Shown piece by piece: positions 41,806 to 54,414 of a DNA stretch of 64,000 bases. The notes beneath the pieces were generated by a model. It worked only from the letters and a program-made list of their open reading frames with translations. It did not search any database and was not told where the DNA came from. The stretch covers positions 6,882,001-6,946,000 of the forward strand of contig CM035359.1 in the NCBI GenBank assembly GCA_020137815.1, written 5' to 3'. Every line of letters begins with the position of its first letter. Positions within the stretch are counted from its first letter, which is position 1. The DNA is from Hormiphora californensis (Eukaryota > Animalia > Ctenophora). Both the position numbers and the translations under genes were made by a program.

Positions 41806-44800
41806 GATGGTGGGAGAGCTATAATAACGGGGAGAGAGGGAGATGTTAACATGGTGATGGGAGAGCTATAATAACGGGGAGAGAGGGAGATGTTAACATG
41901 GTGATGAGAGAGCTATAATAACGGGGAGAGAGGGAGATGTTAACATGGTGATGGGAGAGCTATAATACGGGGAGAGAGGGAGATGTAAACATGGTGATGG
42001 GAGAGCTATAATATGGGGAGAGAGGGAGATGTAAACATGGTGATGGGAGAGCTATAATATGGGGAGAGAGGGAGATGTAAACATGGTGATGGGAGAGCTA
42101 TAATATGGGGAGAGAGGGAGATGTGAACATGGTGATGGGAGAGCTATAATAACGGGGAGAGAGGGAGATGTTAACATGGTGATGGGAGAGCTATAATAAC
42201 GGGGAGAGAGGGAGATGTAAACATGGTGATGGGAGAGCTATAATAACGGGGAGAGAGGGAGATGTAAACATGGTGATGGGAGAGCTATAATAACGGGGAG
42301 ATAGTGAGTTGTAAACATGGTGATGGGAGAGCTATAATATGGGGAGAGAGGGAGATGTAAACATGGTGATGGGAGAGCTATAATATGGGGAGAGAGGGAG
42401 ATGTAAACATGGTGATGGGAGAGCTATAATAACGGGGGGAGAGGGAGATGTAAACATGGTGATGGGAGAGCTATAATAACGGGGAGAGAGGGAGATGTAA
42501 ACATGGTGATGGGAGAGCTATAATAACGGGGAGAGAGGGAGATGTAAACATGGTGATGGGAGAGCTATAATAACGGGGAGAGAGGGAGATGTAAACATGG
42601 TGATGGGAGAGCTATAATAACGGGGAGAGAGGGAGATGTAAACATGGTGATGGGAGAGCTATAATATGGGGAGAGAGGGAGATGTGAACATGGTGATGGG
42701 AGAGCTATAATAACGGGGAGAGAGGGAGATGTAAACATGGTGATGGGAGAGCTATAATAACGGGGGGAGAGGGAGATGTAAACATGGTGATGGGAGAGCT
42801 ATAATAACGGGGAGAGAGGGAGATGTAAACATGGTGATGGGAGAGCTATAATAACGGGGAGAGAGGGAGATGTAAACATGGTGATGGGAGAGCTATAATA
42901 ACGGGGAGAGAGGGAGATGTAAACATGGTGATGGGAGAGCTATAATAACGGGGAGAGAGGGAGATGTAAACATGGTGATGGGAGAGCTATAATATGGGGA
43001 GAGAGGGAGATGTAAACATGGTGATGGGAGAGCTATAATATGGGGAGAGAGGGAGATGTAAACATGGTGATGGGAGAGCTATAATATGGGGAGAGAGGGA
43101 GATGTGAACATGGTGATGGGAGAGCTATATAGTACATAACTCCCTCCCGCGCGTGCATCTATTCAATAGACGCACTGCAGAGCAGTGCGTCTATTGAGCT
43201 GTAATGCACGGGTCCCGAAGGGACCCGTGCGTTACAGCCCTGTAAATCCCGAGCGTCAGCGAGGGGTTTACAGGTATATCTGCACGTTAGGGAGGGAGTT
43301 GTGTTCTATAGACCCCGCTGGCGGGCACCTAGAAGCAAAACAAGCACAATTTACGTGATGCTCTAACAGAGAGCTCACACAAAACGGGTCAAACAGTTGG
43401 AAATGGAGCTACAGAGTGTCTCTCTACATTCCTACACACTCGTAGCAATCGTTTTAACAAATCAAAAGGGTGGAATGCTGAGAGAGATAACCGTTAATTG
43501 TGGGTCAAGAGGAACAGTTGCCAACAGACTGGCGGGCGCCAAATCTATACAGAGAGCGTAGTTGGTTGTACACACACTCCCTCTTGTGTTGTCATGTCAT
43601 TTTATCGTGTTTCCAGTGATTCTTTGTGATCTTTACACAAACCTGTCAGAGGGCGTGCGTCTATCGAGACACAAACTCACGGCAGTGCACGGCCCAATAG
43701 ACCAGTGCAAATTGTTTGAGCGCGCCGTGCGTCTATTTGAGCCGGCGGGGTCTATAATAACGGGGAGAGAGGGAGATGTAAACATGGTGATGGGAGAGCT
43801 ATAATATGGGGAGAGAGGGAGATGTAAACATGGTGATGGGAGAGCTATAATAACGGGGAGAGAGGGAGATGTAAACATGGTGATGGGAGAGCTATAATAA
43901 CGGGGAGAGAGGGAGATGTAAACATGGTGATGGGAGAGCTATAATAACGGGGGGAGAGGGAGATGTAAACATGGTGATGGGAGAGCTATAATATGGGGAG
44001 AGAGGGAGATGTGAACATGGTGATGGGAGAGCTATAATATGGGGAGAGAGGGAGATGTAAACATGGTGATGGGAGAGCTATAATAACGGGGAGAGAGGGA
44101 GATGTTAACATGGTGATGGGAGAGCTATAATAACGGGGAGAGAGGGAGATGTAAACATGGTGATGGGAGAGCTATAATAACGGGGAGAGAGGGAGATGTA
44201 AACATGGTGATGGGAGAGCTATAATAACGGGGAGAGAGGGAGATGTAAACATGGTGATGGGAGAGCTATAATAACGGGGAGAGAGGGAGATGTAAACATG
44301 GTGATGGGAGAGCTATAATAACGGGGAGAGAGGGAGATGTAAACATGGTGATGGGAGAGCTATAATAACGGGGAGAGAGGGAGATGTAAACATGGTGATG
44401 GGAGAGCTATAATAACGGGGAGAGAGGGAGATGTAAACATGGTGATGGGAGAGCTATAATAACGGGGAGAGAGGGAGATGTAAACATGGTGATGGGAGAG
44501 CTATAATAACGGGGAGAGAGGGAGATGTAAACATGGTGATGGGAGAGCTATAATATGGGGAGAGAGGGAGATGTAAACATGGTGATGGGAGAGCTATAAT
44601 ATGGGGAGAGAGGGAGATGTGAACATGGTGATGGGAGAGCTATAATAACGGGGGGAGAGGGAGATGTAAACATGGTGATGGGAGAGCTATAATAACGGGG
44701 AGAGAGGGAGATGTAAACATGGTGATGGGAGAGCTATAATATGGGGAGAGAGGGAGATGTGAACATGGTGATGGGAGAGCTATAATAACGGGGAGAGAGG

Positions 44801-45075
44801 GAGATGTAAACATGGTGATGGGAGAGCTATAATATGGGGAGAGAGGGAGATGTAAACATGGTGATGGGAGAGCTATAATAACGGGGAGAGAGGGAGATGT
44901 AAACATGGTGATGGGAGAGCTATAATAACGGGGAGAGAGGGAGATGTAAACATGGTGATGGGAGAGCTATAATATTAATAACGGGGGGAGAGGGAGATGT
45001 AAACATGGTGATGGGAGAGCTATAATAACGGGGAGAGAGGGAGATGAAAACATGGTGGTAGAGCTATAATATGGG
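41806..45075. repeat. 45/47-bp minisatellite (~57 copies) abutting the Sp17 start codon
   Basis: Plus-strand unit ggtgatgggagagctataataacggggagagagggagatgtaaacat, interrupted at 43128-43756. Confidence 0.97.
43128..43756. mobile_element. Non-autonomous element inserted at TATA; both termini are complementary to one internal site
   Basis: The left end tatagtacataactccctccc pairs with 43281-43310. The right end gccggcggggtctata pairs with 43307-43322. It also has internal GC hairpins and a recurring gtgcgtctat motif. Confidence 0.8.
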
Positions 45076-45509
45076 GGGATTGTGAAACTATATTTCAATC
45101 CTGGATAGACCCTGTCTGATATTAAGATATATGAGTGATAGACGAAAGATGCAGTTCGGAAAATATTAGTTTGGAGCAAAATTAGCATGAATGAATCAGT
45201 GATTGAATCACAGATACAATGAACGGAGCCTATAGTTAAAACATAAGAGCATTGTGTAGTCAATCAACCACTTCAATCTTCAAGTTCATATCTCTCTCTT
45301 TATTTCAGGTCTCTTTCTCTCTCTCTATCTCTCTCTTTATTTCAGGTCTCTATCTCTCTCTCATTGCCGACTCAATCAGGTTTAAATGATCTCGATCTCT
45401 TCATGCGGAGATTTAAAAGAATTCGAATCAATCACTGACAGGGAAAGCTTTTTGAAATGTCTCATTCATCTGGATTTCACTCTTAAAATTCCATTTCAAA
45501 TATCTGATC

Positions 45510-45523
45510 GTTACCATAGCGAC
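45510..45523. promoter_or_regulatory. Possible RFX X-box upstream of the Sp17-like gene
   Basis: GTTACCATAGCGAC fits GTNRCC-AT-RGYRAC and lies ~440 bp beyond the minisatellite. Similar motifs occur elsewhere in the window. Confidence 0.3.
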
Positions 45524-46214
45524 AATTGTACACTCCCACATGCTTCGTAGGTTATGTTGCTAGGTATATATTACTGCAGCATAATATTATATGCAAAACT
45601 AAATGATCACGTACATGGAACAGATCAAGAAGAACTAGACAAACGTTTTGGAAACCACAACAAACAGACACGTACAGTTCACAATATATACTGTGTACAA
45701 GTGACCGTGTAACTGGACAAAGACAGTGGAACGCGACAACACAATAAAACGGCCCTGTGCATCTTGGAGACTGATCAAATAAAGGGAGAGACTCTCTCAC
45801 AGAGGCAGAACGGGCTACATGTTGTCATACACTGACTGTACAGTGTGTACACCGCGCAACCTCGCGGCCTCACGTAGCCGGTGCGGTCTTATATGAGACA
45901 AGCTACATGATATTGTCAAAACGAAGAAGAATATCAAGTTGAACAAGAAACAACTGGAAAGTATACAACCAATGATGAACCTCGTATATATGCAGCAACA
46001 CATATAGATACCAATTCTCACGCTCACAACTAGGCGATCATATATATATTCTATCGTTGATATATCTTCCCTATCAGCTACTATCTGATTCGTTCACTGG
46101 TTTGCGAATTGGTAGGGAGATATATCTTTTTAAGACAAAAGACGCAATCTTGATGTGCAAAACTGTTGCAGAGCTGGGGCAGGGATAAAATGGTAGGAAA
46201 GATAGAGCGAGAGA

Positions 46215-46394
<180 letters not shown>

Positions 46395-47438
46395 TAAGAG
46401 TCAAAGGGAGAGAAAGAGCGTTATACTCTCCGTATAGTAATATAAAACGACATGCTTGCAAAAGCTTTCTGTATTCCGTGCTGGATCTTTCGTATGCAAT
46501 ATTAGCAGCAACCACACACACACACACAGCTGACATTTCACGCTAGAAAAGGGAGGAGTGAAAGGAGGAGGGGATATAGAGGGAGAAATGGGGTGGGTGA
46601 GAGGTCATTCTCGTCGAGCCAGGAACAAAATATGCTGTTTTTTGTATGAAAGGAGGCTGCACAATTGGAGCAATTGATATAATGGAGTCATTGCAGTTCT
46701 GAAGAAGGGACGTTAACGATCACTTAGGGTAATTACACGGGTCCAGGAAGTGGTAAATTATTAGGGCCCAAGGCCAGGTATACAGCTGATATAGATAGAA
46801 GCAAATGGAAGAAGAAATAGGAGAGTCGCAGCTGTAACAGAGAGAGAGACAGAGGGAGAGAGAGAGAGTAATGAATCACTTATTTGGTTGCTATGGCTAC
46901 AACCATATCGCATAACAACACAGGGGAGAGAGGGGCCGGACAAGTAGGATGTTGCTCATGACTAAACACTGGCCCAACACCAGGTGTCTCGCGGCCACCC
47001 AACAGCTGTAATTATCCCTAGTCGGTTGTCATATATCTCTAATCACACAGTCCGTCACAGGATTCATAAATCCGTTGTCTCGAATTATTATGTCTGAAGG
47101 AAACCATTTCCTTTAAGTGCTCAGCCAGGGGCACTATTGTAGATGTAGGAGGGGTAAGAACTTCCTACGCTAAACTCTTTCTTGTGGCTGGTTCATGGGC
47201 CAACCGCCAATACACACGTGCTCATTCCGTTTAGGCCTCAGGCCCCCGGGGCCCGGAAACAAATCATGATGTCATTCAGGGCGTTATTTTCAACTTTTCC
47301 ACTTTGTAGAGCTGTCTAGTGTCTGGCTAGCTCCAATCTTGTCCCCCACTCATATTTATTGTTTTAGAATCAAAACGGTATCTGAGGCGCTGACAAGTGA
47401 CATTCAGTCTCGGAGCAATTCGATTTTCCACGAATATT

Positions 47439-47621
47439 CAGTCGGACCCCGATTTACCGGGATGCTCGGGGGAAGGGGTTTTGCCCGGTAAATCGGGGTG
47501 CCCGGTATCAGTATATCGGGGTCAAATACCGTGATTTTCCTATATCGGGGGAAGTTGATCCTCCCGGTAATAGGGGTTCCAGTAAATCCGGGCCAGGGGC
47601 CGATAAATCGGGGTCCGACTG
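47439..47621. mobile_element. Short member of MITE family A
   Basis: cagtcggaccccgattta ... taaatcggggtccgactg. Confidence 0.85.
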
Positions 47622-48679
47622 TTATAGTGAGTCGGATTATTTGAAGTTGTCACCCCCCTGGGGGGCGCCCGACATTTTATTTGCGTGCCGGAAGCTTGTT
47701 TTGGCTCTCACACCTTTGTTTCTTGACCAATTTTGTCAAACAAAAACTTTACGGACTCACAAAAGTATGCTCTTTCCGATGATATGCGGCTTTTTGCCGA
47801 AATGTGAGAGGAAGTGGGTGCTGTCACACGCAAATACGACGCCGCGGGTGAAAAGGGGGGTGACATCTTCAAAAAATCCGGCTTTAGTAGTTTCGTCTCC
47901 TAACAAGACAACTCACAAATGCTTCATCGTGTTAGCGTTTGGATATAAATATAGGAGAATCGAGAATCAAGAACCGAGAACGTCTCTATCTTATCAATAA
48001 CTGACTGGGAAGCGTGGGAATTTTTGGTTCTGATTGAAAATTTCGGCCTGGGATTTCATTTTTTTAATTAAAAACTACAAATCGTTGCGCCGCGCGACAA
48101 AAGCGCGTCTGAGAGTATGCAGTGTTGTAATGAATCTTTCGCGCGTTCCCCATAACCTCCAAACTGAGACGCTGGAAAATTGGTTATATTTAACGAAGTA
48201 AAAATTCATGGATGACCATGTGAAAGGCGATTAAAACAATGTACAAATAAATACTAGGTATATCAATCTCCACCAGGGACTCAAAGTCAAGTCAGACTTT
48301 TAATTTTAATTTGAGTAAGCTCCTAAATACCATATCATCACGATCTCTTGTCTGTAATATAGGGGTAAATATAGATTCAAGGGTTCATGGTCTTGATTCT
48401 GAAACAGCTGATAGCAACTAGACTCTCACGATCCAATATGAATATCATTCAATCGCTACCTTCCTCCTCAATCTCTCTCAAACATCACAAACGCACCTCA
48501 TACACGCACCTCAATCCTCATACATACAATTTAACACAATTCGAACACTATTATATAACTTAACTCTGACTAGCCAAAAACTTCAAAACAAAGCGAATCA
48601 ATTTATAATGTGGGTAGAACTGTGAATATGAAATCACACACACTTTAACACCAGCCTATGACCATAATTTTTAGCTAAA

Positions 48680-49161
48680 TTAAAGCTAAGTCAAAAACCT
48701 AGTGAAGGTGGTATGATAACCTAGTTACCAAATGGTAACCATGGTAACTAAATGGTAACCAAACGGTAACCATGGTAACACAAGACACACACACACACAA
48801 TATTAGCAACAAATCTAAAACACACCAGGGTGTTACAACTCTTCCTTTTTACTATCATCTCCCTCAGCTGTCTTCACGGGGATATCATCACTCTTCGCTT
48901 CATCTCCTTCCTTCTTTGGCTTAAAGCTAAGTCAAAAACCTAGTGAAGGTGGTATGATAACCTAGTTACCAAATGGTAACCATGGTAACTAAATGGTAAC
49001 CAAACGGTAACCATGGTAACACAAGACACACACACACACAATATTAGCAACAAATCTAAAACACACCAGGGTGTTACAACTCTTCCTTTTTACTATCATC
49101 TCCCTCAGCTGTCTTCACGGGGATATCATCACTCTTCGCTTCATCTCCTTCCTTCTTTGGC
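48680..49161. repeat. 241-bp tandem duplication covering the HYOU1 stop codon and 3' UTR
   Basis: ttaaagctaagtcaaaaacc starts at both 48680 and 48921, and the copies are essentially identical. Confidence 0.92.
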
Positions 49162-50232
49162 TGCTCTTCCACCTTCTTTTCCTCCTTCTTACTCTCTCCC
49201 TCCTCTCCCTTCTTGGTCTCCTCTCCTTCAACTACAGTATCATCGTTAGTCACCTTCTCCCCCTCCCCAGTGGTGGTAGTTTCGTTCCATTATTCTTCAT
49301 CTCATCCATCATCTTCTTCAGTTTCTCCTTGTACCACTGAGGAATAGGTTTCCTAACCAGGTAGTACAGGTCTCGCTCCAGGGCTGTTTTCTTGGCTATC
49401 AGATCGGTCAGTTTCAGTACGGGATCCTGATTCTGGGCCAACTTATCTTGGGCAGCTGATGTATCTTTCAGGTAGTCCTGAAAAAAAGGTTTGGTAAATG
49501 GTGGGGTTTGATAGTAACACTAAATTCAGCGAAGAGAAAAGACAGAAAATGTGCGTACATGCCTAACAAGCTAATAGCGTTTGAGTATTCTTATCTCTCT
49601 CTCTAATATCTCTCGGTGCCCACCTATAATAACAATAGCACTCATAGCTCGGATCTATGTGCTGCTGGTGGTCGTGATGCCCGCTTGGCTCGTTTAGTAA
49701 TCATATTTAACTGCCTATTGACCACCCCAAGAGTGTCCAGGACTGTGCGTGCAGCGGGAAATTCAGCGCTGTAAACACCCCTACTGTTATCCAAACGAGC
49801 CAGAGATGGCTGAAATAGAGGGCACAGTAGCGGGAAAAGCAAGTTCGTGTTGTCCCAAAATACTCCATTACTCGCTCAACATATTACAAAGACTTTATTA
49901 TTGGGCGCCAAAATGCAGCACATATTACACATCTTGGTGAAATGATAACCACTCTTTTAGAGAAGGGCATCTCACAAAAGCAAAATACTGATCTCTGAAC
50001 CGTGTCGACGTGAGAGAGGCAGCACTGAGATAGGCTGCACTGTGTGTAACGTGAACGGAGAAACATTCATGTAAAGTCGGACCCCGAGGGGGGAGGGGGG
50101 TACCCACCTTGGTATCATTCATCAACTTCTCCAGTTGTTCCAGCTCCACAGCGGTGTGATATCGTAGCTCCTCCGTCTGATTTGCTATCTTAGCCAGGAA
50201 CTGTTCCGTTAAGTTGAATGCTTGTTTTAGAT
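49074..50232 (-). CDS. HYOU1: HYOU1/GRP170 (ER Hsp70 nucleotide-exchange factor), last two exons (50232-50108, 49477-49074)
   Basis: DLKQAFNLTEQFL..HTAVELEQLEKLMNDTK|DYLKDTSAAQDKLAQNQDPVLKLTDLIAKKTALERDLYYLVRKP, then an acidic tail ending DDSKKEEL* (ER-retention signal). One 1-bp frameshift near 49284 is needed. Confidence 0.85.
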
Positions 50233-50251
50233 CTGAATAAAGGAAGGCGGG

Positions 50252-50660
50252 GGTTAGTTAGGGTGGGAGGTGGTTAGTTAGGGTGGGAGGTGGTTAGTTA
50301 GGGTGGGAGGTGGTTAGTTAGGGCGGGAAGTGGTTAGTTAGGGTGGGAGGTGGTTAGATAGGATGGGAGGTGGTTAGTTAGGGTGGGAGGTGGTTAGTGA
50401 GGGTGGGATGTGGTTAGTTAGGGTGGGGGTGGTTAGATAGGATGGGAGGTGGTTAGTTAGGGGGGATGGTTAGTTAGGGTGGGAGGTGGTTAGTTAGGGT
50501 GGGTGGTGGTTAGTTAGGGTGGGAGGTGGTTAGTTAGGGCGGGAAGTGGTTAGTTAGGGTGGGAGGTGGCTAGTTAGGGTGGGAAGTGGTTAGTTAGGGT
50601 GGGAGGTGGTTAGTTAGGGTGGGAAGTGGTTAGTTAGGGTGGGAGGTGGTTAGTTAGGGT
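50252..50660. repeat. 20-bp minisatellite (~20 copies) of branch-point-like sequence next to a HYOU1 acceptor
   Basis: The minus-strand unit ctaactaaccacctcccacc runs directly into ctaactaaccccgccttcctttattcag|exon 50232. Confidence 0.92.
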
Positions 50661-53600
50661 TAAGGATGTGGTTAGTGGTTGACTAGGTGATTATATATCC
50701 AGCAGGGATAGTTTCCCCCTTCGAAATGAAAGGTAGAGCTGTTTTGGGCATTATAATTTGACAAAAGTTCTAGATTCAATGAGGCTGATGAGATGTTAAT
50801 GATGCCTTTGTTTCAGTAAATTGATGTGAACCACCAGGCAATGTGGACTGTGGACTGTGGACTCCGCAGTGTGGAGGGTAGGTCAAAAATTGAACCATTG
50901 TGCCCTTGATTTACCTTGAAATTATTGTGCACAATTGTGTCCCAATTGAATCAGAGTTTAGATGAACTGGGCACGTTGTAGTATCATGGACAATACCGTA
51001 ATTTGTAGATTTTGAGCCTTGAGGTGAGGTATTTAAGTTGGCGAAATGCCAATATAACAACTTCTAAGTACTAGGTATCATGATCTACAGTTAGGGGGAG
51101 GTGTATCTCTTTCTTTGCTGCCTATAGACTCAGTACCTCTCTCCCCTTCCCCTATTTTGTTCTCTTGCCAGAAACCCCCTCTTATACTGGGAAAGGCTGA
51201 CCATAAAAAAGGGGGTCTTTTTTTCGCAACCCTCGCCCGTGCTTTGCCTTCGTTAGCGGGGGATGGGGAGTTTGGAGAAAAGAGAATGGAGCGAAGGGGG
51301 AGTAGAGTGAGAAGAGAGAGAGGAGAAGAGAGGGGAAGAAAGGAAGAGGAAAGAGAGGGGGGGAGAGAGAGAGGAGAGCGAAGAGAAAGGAGCGAGAAGC
51401 TTTCTGGAGAGAAGATCAATTCAATACATTCCCCCTAGGGACCCTTTGTGTTTCCAACCGTTTTTTTCTTCCCTTTTTTCTATTATACCTTATATTTCGT
51501 CCTTACTTTTTTTATCGCTAATAATTCTATTTATTGGATGTAGAACGATATTATTGGATGCAATTGATGCATGGGATTCGACTTGTTGTTCTACTTCTAC
51601 TTGTTGAATTTGGATAATCCCCGTTAAACCCTATGTCCCGCCAAACCCAATGCTGTATAAACCCCCCCCCCGGGCTCATGCCACATAACCCCCCTCCCCA
51701 ACCAAAACTTTCCCCAAAATTTACTTTGGGGGGGGTCATGACGCAACGGAATAAATCCAAATTGCTTTTTCTCGGCCCTGTTTCAAAACCCCCCCAAAAT
51801 TCACCCCTTTCCCGGGCCTCCCCCCCGCCCCCCTTTTGTAAAAAGGGTTTTTTTTTAAAAAACTTTCCACCATTCCAGGCATAAATTGGAAGGCTTTGCC
51901 CCGGGTATTTTATATGGGGAATCTAAACTTTAAATTAAAGGGGTTTGATATGGAGGGGGGTAGGGGTCTGTGTTCTTTCTACTAATCATTTTCCTACAGC
52001 AACCTTGTTCATTTTCCCCGTTTCCAGGTTTTTTTTCCCTTATTTAAAAATTTTGGACTAACAAAGAGGAAGGAGGGAGGGGAGAAAAAAGAGAAGAAAG
52101 AGAAGAAGAGAGGGGGAGGAAAAGAGAGAGAAAAGAGAGAGAGAATATCATTAGTCGCCGATGAAACGACCCTAGGCTGTATTAACCTAGTTAGTTTTGT
52201 TTAGAAAGGGGGTTTTTAAGATACTTAGGGTTGTGAAACCCAAAAAGGGGAGGGGAAAATTGGAGGCCCCTTTCCCCCCCCGGGGACCCTTTTGGGGAGT
52301 CTCACTGGTTTATCTGCGAAAAGATTTTTTTAGACATCTCACAAACCTAAAAAAGATTTTTTTTTTATTTTAATCTTCTCTTTTTTTTTTCCCCTAATAT
52401 TTTTTTTTTTAAAAACAAGGGGGAATTTTTTTTTTTTTTATTTTTTTGAAAGCCCGGTAAATTTTTTTTTTTAATTTTTTTTTTGGGGGGGGGGGTTGTG
52501 AGGAATAAAACAGCTGTTTGTAATCATTGCAGGTTTAGTTTTACATCATATAGTCTCTCCAGCTTTTTCTCTCTATTTTTTATATCCCTCGATTTTATTA
52601 GAACAAGGAGTAAGAAATTTTAGGGGCCGACAACAGATGTACTAAATTTTGGTATTACATAGAGCTCTACCTTTTAATCGGTGGGGGAAAATATAAGATT
52701 GATTTTCCCTGAGGAGTAAATGAACAATCATGATCCGTATAATAGCTGTGTGTTTAAAACGATTGACCATTCTCAATCTTCAAATCATCGATCATTTTTT
52801 TAATCCGCATTCTTTTGTACTGGTGTTTGGTTGTGGATGAGTCGGTATTTTTCTCTCTATCTCTCTCTCTCTCAGCTCATTCTTTGTGCTTTGTGGTTGT
52901 CCCTTGCACGTGGAACGAAGAAGAATTTTGCACGAGGGTTCATGAACATGATAGCTTAGAAAGTGAGATATATCTCAAGATCTGGTCTGTAAATGGTGAA
53001 CACGGACCATCTTTTAAACATACACCCTAGATGGCTTGGTTCTTGAATACCAATTTTGGGGAAGACAGGGTATATATCATCTTGCCTATAATTACCACCC
53101 ACATCTTTCCCTAATGTCACCCGTCCTTTCCTTCTTCTTCTTCTCGGTCCTTTCCCCCACTTGAACAGTGTTTTATAGAGTTGATCCATCATTAGCCCGC
53201 TAGAATTGCGACGCCTTGCTATAACAACAGATATCCCATTGTCTCAGTCTTCTGGGAAGCTACGCTTACAATAACCTAAAACTCAGTTCAATTTCAAAAC
53301 TCGCCAATCCGGCTCTCTTCCAGATTTGTGTCACTGTATCACATGTACCAACAATTAAGTCCGCTCTTCTACTTGGCATTGTCTGATATATCTTGTACCA
53401 AGCACGACTACAGACCGGGCATATATACACGTGATGTGTTCACGGAGTGCTTGTGAAATGAAATGATACTGCTTTGTTTTGAACAATAGCCCCCCCCCCC
53501 CTTACTACTGCAATAGCTAGGATTAATTGAGAATTGGGATAGAATTCACAACTTTCAGTCAACAACACTGTGTGTTCTCAAGATATGATTTTGATCTTTT

Positions 53601-53829
53601 ATCTATCTATCTACGGAGTGCCTGGGCTTGATCTTATTGACTGCATGTACCATCTAATGCACGGGAAGAGAGAGGGAAGAGAGAGGTAAGCGAGAGAGGT
53701 TCGAGTAAGCTAGGTGGCATCAATCATCATGGGGCAAGTTTTTTTGTCTCACGACGTCTCACTTCTGAGGCAGCTTTTTCTTGCAACAATAGATTTAACA
53801 GTTAAAAACTAAAAAGAGCCAGAAAAATC

Positions 53830-53919
<90 letters not shown>

Positions 53920-54374
53920 AAGAGAGGGGTGAGAGAGAGAGAGAGATATGTAAGAACAAGTGTGGATGTTACCATAGTAACGGCCTGGTGATACAGCTGT
54001 CTTCACACTTCTGTTACAGTTCATAAGTCTACTTTTTGGCTACTCCTGTTGCTTCTTTTTGTAGCCTAGCACCTCCCCTACTACACCTCTCTAACTCTAT
54101 CCAGATATAGTAGGTCTCCTTGTGTGATAAATCGTTGAGGATACTTGTGGTCATTGGTTTTTTTTTAAAAAAAGCTTTTAAATGACCTACCATTATATAT
54201 CAACAACAATCAATGTTGTCACTTGTCTATAAAACTTAGAGTAATAATAATAATTTGATTGTGGAGACTGGAAAAATAAAGATGTCAAGCGCTTGAAAAG
54301 TCAGAGATAGGTCTTTCAAAAATATGTCTCTCTATTGGATCTTTCTATCTTTCTATCTCTCTCTCTCTCCCTTT

Positions 54375-54414
<40 letters not shown>

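Noticed and set aside
41806-45075. CRISPR-like regular repeat array
   Set aside because: The units are contiguous with no unique spacers, there are no cas genes, and the context is eukaryotic.
50252-50660. Interstitial telomere (TTAGGG)
   Set aside because: TTAGGG occurs once per 20-bp unit rather than as a hexamer array. It is better explained as a branch-point-derived minisatellite.
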